Of a stretch of DNA of 64,000 nucleotides, positions 59,154 to 64,000 are shown in pieces. Under the pieces are notes generated by a model. The model was not told where the DNA came from. It made no database searches and saw nothing but the letters and a program-made list of their open reading frames with translations. This DNA is from Obrimoposthia wandeli (taxonomy: Eukaryota). Where the stretch lies: the NCBI GenBank assembly GCA_977020255.1, contig CDROCS010001089.1, positions 496,001-560,000 of the forward strand. The letters run 5' to 3'. A program made the position numbers and the translations under genes. How positions within the stretch are numbered: position 1 is the first letter of the stretch; every line of letters begins with the position of its first letter.

Positions 59154-60719
59154 TCAACCCTTCATATACTCTGCAAGAAATTGATCAAAGTCTAAGTTGT
59201 CACTCGCTTCAATTTCTTGCTGTTGTAAAATAGATTGGCGTACTTTTTCGCTTAAATCAGCACACACTTCATCATCTATTGGCGACGATAACAGATCTTC
59301 ACGATGCTGTTTGCTAACATGCAGCGCCCAGTCAGTAAACTGTAAGCCGCTTTCACGCAGTGACGCTAATATAAGAGCCGAAGGGGTTAAGTCGCTATCA
59401 GCCACTTTAGCACGCTGCATTTTCACGCTGTCGCAGTAATTAGTGCCGCCTTTAACATGATCTATTACTGTGGCAACCTTTTCAATTTGATCTAGTATGC
59501 TGCTGGCTAATTCTGGTAATGGTATATCACCTTGCGCAGTACCTAGCTCTAAACCAGGTTCGCGTCCCCTAGTAACAACTAAGTCATTATTACGCGTAAT
59601 ACGATCGCACTCTAGTGCATCAATTTCCCCGTTTTCCTGTAATAAACAAGTAAGCAAAAACGCATCCATGAATAGAGCTTGGCAGTTATCAATGCCGACA
59701 GGTAATAAAGGATTGATGTCAGTATTGCGTACTTCAATATACTCAACACCGCGCTCAATTAATGCATCAACAGGCTTTTCACCAGGCGCTGCAACTCTTT
59801 TAGGGCGTACATCGCTGTAGTATTCGTTCTCAATTTGTAGCACATTGGAGTTTAGCTGACGGTACTGCCCGTCCACTTTAATACCCAGTTCTTCATAAGG
59901 GGCGAAAGAGGTTTTTATAGCGGATTGTAAAGAGCTTGCGTAACTGTCTAAGTAGTTAAAGCAAATATCTAAACTTTCTTGTGCTTTGTTGGAATAACCA
60001 AAGTCACCCATGCGCAGTGAAGTGGCGTAAGGTAAGTAAAGTGTATGTCCGTTTAACGTTTGCAGATGATGATCTGTATCTTGCATAAAAGAATCCGATA
60101 ACGCAGGAGAGGCGCCAAACAAATAGAGCAGCATCCAAGATTGGCGACGAAAATTACGAATCATTGAAAAATAGCCGTCTGAACGGAAATCTTGTAATGT
60201 TCGTTGGTCACCCTCCATTAGTTGCAGTACTTGCCATAACTCATCTGAAAGCGAAAAGTTATAGTGAATACCGGCAATACTTTGCATCATTTTACCGTAG
60301 CGATTTGCTAAACCAACGCGATAAACATGCTTCATTTTACCGGTGTTAGAAGAGCCATATTCACCAATGCGAATATCATCGTCACTTGCTAAGTAGCAAG
60401 GCATACTGGCATTCCAGATGATTTCTTCATCCAAATGGCGGTAGGTAAAACGGTGCAAGTCGGTTAAATAGTTGATTGCATCGAGAGAATTTTTATACAC
60501 CGGTGTAATAAACTCAAGCAATGCTTCAGAGTAATCAGTGGTGATAACACCATTCGTTAATGCGGATCCTAAACCACTAGGGTGATCGCTTTGTGATAAT
60601 CCTCCTTTAGGAGTGACTCTTAGGCCTTCTTTCTCAATACCGTGCATAACATCGGTTAAAAGATTCTCTTGGCCAGCGGCTTTCAGCTTTTCCAGCTTTA
60701 GTTCGAGTACTGATTGCAA
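59154..60719 (-). CDS. gshA: Glutamate--cysteine ligase
   Basis: HGIEKEGLRV, ITTDYSEALLEFITP, QSIAGIHYNFS, YATSLRMGDFGY, LQIENEYYS, GVEYIEVR. Confidence 0.97.
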   Translation of the reverse strand: MQSVLELKLEKLKAAGQENLLTDVMHGIEKEGLRVTPKGGLSQSDHPSGLGSALTNGVITTDYSEALLEFITPVYKNSLDAINYLTDLHRFTYRHLDEEIIWNASMPCYLASDDDIRIGEYGSSNTGKMKHVYRVGLANRYGKMMQSIAGIHYNFSLSDELWQVLQLMEGDQRTLQDFRSDGYFSMIRNFRRQSWMLLYLFGASPALSDSFMQDTDHHLQTLNGHTLYLPYATSLRMGDFGYSNKAQESLDICFNYLDSYASSLQSAIKTSFAPYEELGIKVDGQYRQLNSNVLQIENEYYSDVRPKRVAAPGEKPVDALIERGVEYIEVRNTDINPLLPVGIDNCQALFMDAFLLTCLLQENGEIDALECDRITRNNDLVVTRGREPGLELGTAQGDIPLPELASSILDQIEKVATVIDHVKGGTNYCDSVKMQRAKVADSDLTPSALILASLRESGLQFTDWALHVSKQHREDLLSSPIDDEVCADLSEKVRQSILQQQEIEASDNLDFDQFLAEYMKG

Positions 60720-61072
60720 ATCGAAATCCTAACATAGGTGATAAAAATCCGATTATAAACCACTCACTAAGGGGTGAAGCAATCTTTAACGTTAGTTGAA
60801 GTGCAATTAATTAACAAAAGAGTCAATTTTTGCGCAAAAAACAATTTTTGTTGCACTGTCCTTTTTGAATACAAAGCGCTGAAAAGCCAGTTTGTAAACA
60901 ATGACGGCACGTTTTTTGGGTTGTTAAATATAGGTTCAGTTTTTTGTAGTGTGCTGATGAACTTGTTCTTTAAATAGCTTTTATAAATCCAAAGCAGAAG
61001 TAATTATTATTTTATTAATCTAGAAAATAAACTTATGCTCGTAGCTAACATACCTCTCGCATTTAAATAGGA

Positions 61073-62287
61073 TTGATAATGGCACAGGCATTAACGCTCG
61101 AAATACTGCAACGCTTGATCGCATTTGATACAACCAGCTGCCACTCGAATCTAGAGCTTATGGCGTATATCCAGGATTTTTTGGGTTCCCATGAAGTAGA
61201 AAGTGAGTTGATATTCGATGAGGAAGGCAAGAAAGCTAATTTGTATTGCACCATTTTTCTTGGAAAAAATGCTGAAAATGTATCGGGCATTATGTTGTCT
61301 GGGCATACTGATACGGTGCCTGTCAGCGGGCAAAATTGGCATTATGATCCTTATCAGTTAACAAAAGATCAAACTCGTTATTACGGGCGCGGCACTAGTG
61401 ATATGAAAGGTTTCATTGCAGTTGTTTTAGCCGCAGTACCAGAGATGATTGCGCAGCCATTGCATATTCCGATCCACTTAGCTTTCTCTTATGATGAAGA
61501 AATTGGCTGTATTGGCGTACGCCGCCTAATAGACACTTTAGAAGCGCAGCCAATCAAGCCCGCCATTTGCATAATTGGCGAGCCTACCTCGATGAAAGTG
61601 GTGAGTGCTCATAAAGGTAAGCTAGCCGCCAAAGTCAGTGTGCATGGCAAAGAGTGCCACTCTGGTATGGCGCCTTTAGGGGTTAATGCCGTGAACTATG
61701 CTGCACGGCTTATTGTTTGGCTTGAGCAATTAGCACAACAAAAGCAAGCTCAAGGACCGTTCGATCATAGTTACGACATCCCTTACAGCACAGTGCATGT
61801 AGGCACTGTAGACGGTGGCGTGGCACTTAATATCGTGCCAAAGCTGGCTAATTTTGAGTTTGAAATTCGCAACATTGGCGCTGAAGATCCAACCCAGCTT
61901 TTAGCACAATTTCAAGCCTATGCAGCAACGCTCGCCACTGAAATGCAAATCGTAGATAGACACTGTGCCATTGATGTTAAAGTGTCGACACAATACCCGG
62001 GATTAAGTACCACCCAAGATACTCAAGCGATTGAATTTGTGCGCAAACTAGCGCAAAACCGTGAGGTGGCGAGTATTAATTTTGGCACTGAAGGTGGTTT
62101 GTTTAGTAATAGGTTAGGTGTAGCTACGCTGGTGTGCGGGCCTGGTAGTATGGATCAAGGGCATAAGCCAGATGAGTTTATCGAAAATCAACAGCTAGAA
62201 GAGTGTGAAGCTTTTATGGCTCGTTTAATTGCTGAATTAAGGTCACCGCAAATAAAACTTGTGGTTAACGTTAAATCAATGAATTAA
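61073..62287 (+). CDS. argE: Acetylornithine deacetylase-like M20 metallohydrolase
   Basis: LSGHTDTVPV, YGRGTSDMKGFIA, SYDEEIGC, IGEPT, NIVP, FGTEGG, GPGSMDQGHKPDEFI. Confidence 0.85.
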   Translation: MIMAQALTLEILQRLIAFDTTSCHSNLELMAYIQDFLGSHEVESELIFDEEGKKANLYCTIFLGKNAENVSGIMLSGHTDTVPVSGQNWHYDPYQLTKDQTRYYGRGTSDMKGFIAVVLAAVPEMIAQPLHIPIHLAFSYDEEIGCIGVRRLIDTLEAQPIKPAICIIGEPTSMKVVSAHKGKLAAKVSVHGKECHSGMAPLGVNAVNYAARLIVWLEQLAQQKQAQGPFDHSYDIPYSTVHVGTVDGGVALNIVPKLANFEFEIRNIGAEDPTQLLAQFQAYAATLATEMQIVDRHCAIDVKVSTQYPGLSTTQDTQAIEFVRKLAQNREVASINFGTEGGLFSNRLGVATLVCGPGSMDQGHKPDEFIENQQLEECEAFMARLIAELRSPQIKLVVNVKSMN

Positions 62288-62318
62288 AGAACAACAACAA
62301 TTAAACCGGACACTAATG
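62249..62318. mobile_element. MITE family A, terminal ~70-bp fragment overlapping the argE 3' end
   Basis: CAAATAAAACTTGTGGTTAACGTTAAATCAATGAATTAAAGAACAACAACAATTAAACCGGACACTAATG matches the last 70 nt of copy 3 and the reverse complement of copy 2. Confidence 0.88.
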
Positions 62319-62338
62319 ATCTTCAATAGAAAGGGCTT

Positions 62339-63238
62339 TCATTTAGGGTGAACATGATGAGCAAGTTTAGCGCAGCGCTCTATCTGATGTGCGAGCGAAC
62401 GGCTTATATCAGTATTAACTCCCCAATGTTGCCAATACAGAGGGATTTGTATGGAGTGTTCGGGGGTAAGCAAGCAGAGTTCGCCGCTATCTAGATAGCG
62501 CTGAATTTGTAATTTAGGTGCCATACCAAAGCCCATAGAGCGCAAAATCCACTCGATATAACCTTCAGATGAGGGGATGAAATGCTGTAACTGCTGGCTT
62601 GAGTTAAGGTTAAAAAAACGCTTTAGATATTCATGCTGTAATTGATCTTTATAGTTAAAAACCACCATAGGTGCTTTTTTAAAAGCATCCCTAGTTACCC
62701 CTTTTGCAAAGTATTGTTTAATAAATTCGCTACTGGCAACACAGTGATATTCTAATGAGCCCAAAGGCGTTGTTGCGCAGCCCTGAAATACTTGCTCAAT
62801 AGAGCTTATACAGCCAATGACCTCTCCACTGCGCAATAATTGGTGAGTTTGATCTTGATCATCCACTTTTAAATCTAATAACACTTTGTTGGCGGCGCAC
62901 CAAGGAGCTAAAGCACTTAGCAGCCAAGTCGCTAAAGTGTCAGCATTTGTCGCTATTGCTATTTTTAACCACTGTGATTGGGTTCTTGGTGCTAGGTCAT
63001 TCATTAAGCTACGCTCAATCAATTGTAAACTGTTAGCGTATTTGAGTAACGATTGCCCTGCAGCGGTGGTTTTTATTTGAGGTGAGCGGATTAATAAACT
63101 CTGGCCTAGCTGCTCTTCTAAAGCTTTCAAGCGTTGTGAAACGGCTGATTGAGTAATGCATAATTGAATGGCTGCTCGTTCAAAACTGCGCTGTGAAACT
63201 ATTGCCGTAAATGCAGATAATCCTTTTGCATCAATCAT
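62339..63238 (-). CDS. argP: ArgP/LysG-family LysR regulator
   Basis: SFERAAIQLCITQSAVSQRLKALEE, IAIATNADTLATW, DDQDQT, HFIPSSEGY, IPLYWQHW; divergent from argO. Confidence 0.92.
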   Translation of the reverse strand: MIDAKGLSAFTAIVSQRSFERAAIQLCITQSAVSQRLKALEEQLGQSLLIRSPQIKTTAAGQSLLKYANSLQLIERSLMNDLAPRTQSQWLKIAIATNADTLATWLLSALAPWCAANKVLLDLKVDDQDQTHQLLRSGEVIGCISSIEQVFQGCATTPLGSLEYHCVASSEFIKQYFAKGVTRDAFKKAPMVVFNYKDQLQHEYLKRFFNLNSSQQLQHFIPSSEGYIEWILRSMGFGMAPKLQIQRYLDSGELCLLTPEHSIQIPLYWQHWGVNTDISRSLAHQIERCAKLAHHVHPK

Positions 63239-63310
63239 TTTAATCTCACCCCTTTTTCCTGTATTTCAGTCTCAGCTCAGATAACAATGACAGACATACA
63301 TAAACTTAGT

Positions 63311-63327
63311 CATTAATTTAATTAATG
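63311..63327. promoter_or_regulatory. Putative ArgP recognition site (T-N11-A palindrome)
   Basis: CATTAATT-T-AATTAATG, a perfect 8-1-8 dyad in the argP/argO divergent spacer. AT-richness raises the chance of a coincidental match. Confidence 0.45.
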
Positions 63328-63435
63328 TATAGTAAATATGTTTAATTTTACTTATGCAAGAACATAAAGCATAGTTCTAGCGGTGCTTAGAGGCAAAATT
63401 TTTTCATTATAGTTATTTAACAATAGGCGTTTAAT

Positions 63436-64000
63436 ATGTGGTTTTTCCCTTTTATAAAAGGTTTAGGCATTGGAATGAGTTTGATTATGGCGATAGGCTC
63501 GCAAAATGCGTTTGTGCTCAGTAGTGCGATACGTAAACAGCACGCCTATATGATTGGTTTTGTGTGCATTGTAATTGATATAGTTCTGATATATAGCGGT
63601 GTCTTAGGTTTAGGCATCATCATTAAAGAGCAGCCGATACTGGTGACGTTAGCGAGCTATTTTGGGGCTGCATTTTTAATCGTATACGGGTTTTGGGCTT
63701 TTCAGCGCGCCTTGGCCCCACAAGGGTTAGCTGAGCAATCTATACAAAAGATGTCATTGCTCGCGGCGGTATCTAGTACTGCTGCGCTGAGTTTATTAAA
63801 TCCACATGTATATTTAGATACCGTGGTTTTACTCGGTAGTATCGGTGGCCAATTGCCGGGATCAGATCCTTTGTGGTTCGCCTTTGGAGCAAGTGTTGGA
63901 TCCATCCTTTGGTTTTCCTTATTAGTGGTGGGTGGGATTGCGCTGGCGCCTTGGTTTAAAAGTGAAAAGAGTTGGCAAAAGTTAGATATTTTCGTGGGGA
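63436..64000 (+). CDS. argO: LysE/ArgO amino-acid exporter (3'-truncated by window edge; not in ORF track)
   Basis: Manual translation MWFFPFIKGLGIGMSLIMAIGSQNAFVL...SLLNPHVYLDTVVLLGSIG...FAFGA...WF; divergent from argP. Confidence 0.9.
   Translation, partial: MWFFPFIKGLGIGMSLIMAIGSQNAFVLSSAIRKQHAYMIGFVCIVIDIVLIYSGVLGLGIIIKEQPILVTLASYFGAAFLIVYGFWAFQRALAPQGLAEQSIQKMSLLAAVSSTAALSLLNPHVYLDTVVLLGSIGGQLPGSDPLWFAFGASVGSILWFSLLVVGGIALAPWFKSEKSWQKLDIFVG

Noticed and set aside
60903-60920. Possible sigma54 promoter CGGCACGTTTTTTGGG upstream of argE
   Set aside because: The -12 element reads GG rather than the near-invariant GC.
3713-62318. MITE-A copies as a CRISPR array or REP/BIME cluster
   Set aside because: Copies are dispersed, 152 bp long, carry TIRs and 9-bp TSDs, have no spacers, and no cas genes are present.

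Overview
A 64-kb chromosomal segment of an AT-rich gammaproteobacterium. The gene order resembles Pseudomonadales/Oceanospirillales (inference from synteny, not a database result). It is mostly housekeeping: a PhoP/PhoQ-like two-component pair, argA, DUF47-pit and CYTH-glnE, ilvE, an LPS inner-core/lipid A cluster (waaF, waaC, waaL-like, lpxL, msbA, hldE, gmhB, gmhA, waaA), lptM-lysA-dapF-DUF484-xerC-yigB, hemW-rdgB-DUF4426-yggT-proC-yggS, pilT/pilU, tex, a DctB/DctD-like pair, an ABC-F ATPase, an FKBP, rsd, fliL-like, gshA, argE and argP/argO. A central accessory block (28.4-39.3 kb) holds two c-di-GMP proteins and a LysR-MFS-PepSY module. No rRNA, tRNA, CRISPR array, transposase or prophage was recognised. 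The main observations are: (1) an FAD oxidoreductase plus aldo-keto reductase pair in one operon with gmhA-gmhB, in a heptose cluster lacking hldD, which suggests a two-enzyme alternative heptose epimerisation route; (2) a full-length XerC that has lost most catalytic residues, including the Tyr nucleophile; (3) an operon of a cupredoxin-like protein, a membrane EAL sensor and an outer-membrane barrel; (4) a 152-bp MITE family with 13-bp TIRs and exact 9-bp target duplications, one remnant of which encodes the ArgE C-terminus, plus a second TA-flanked palindromic element.
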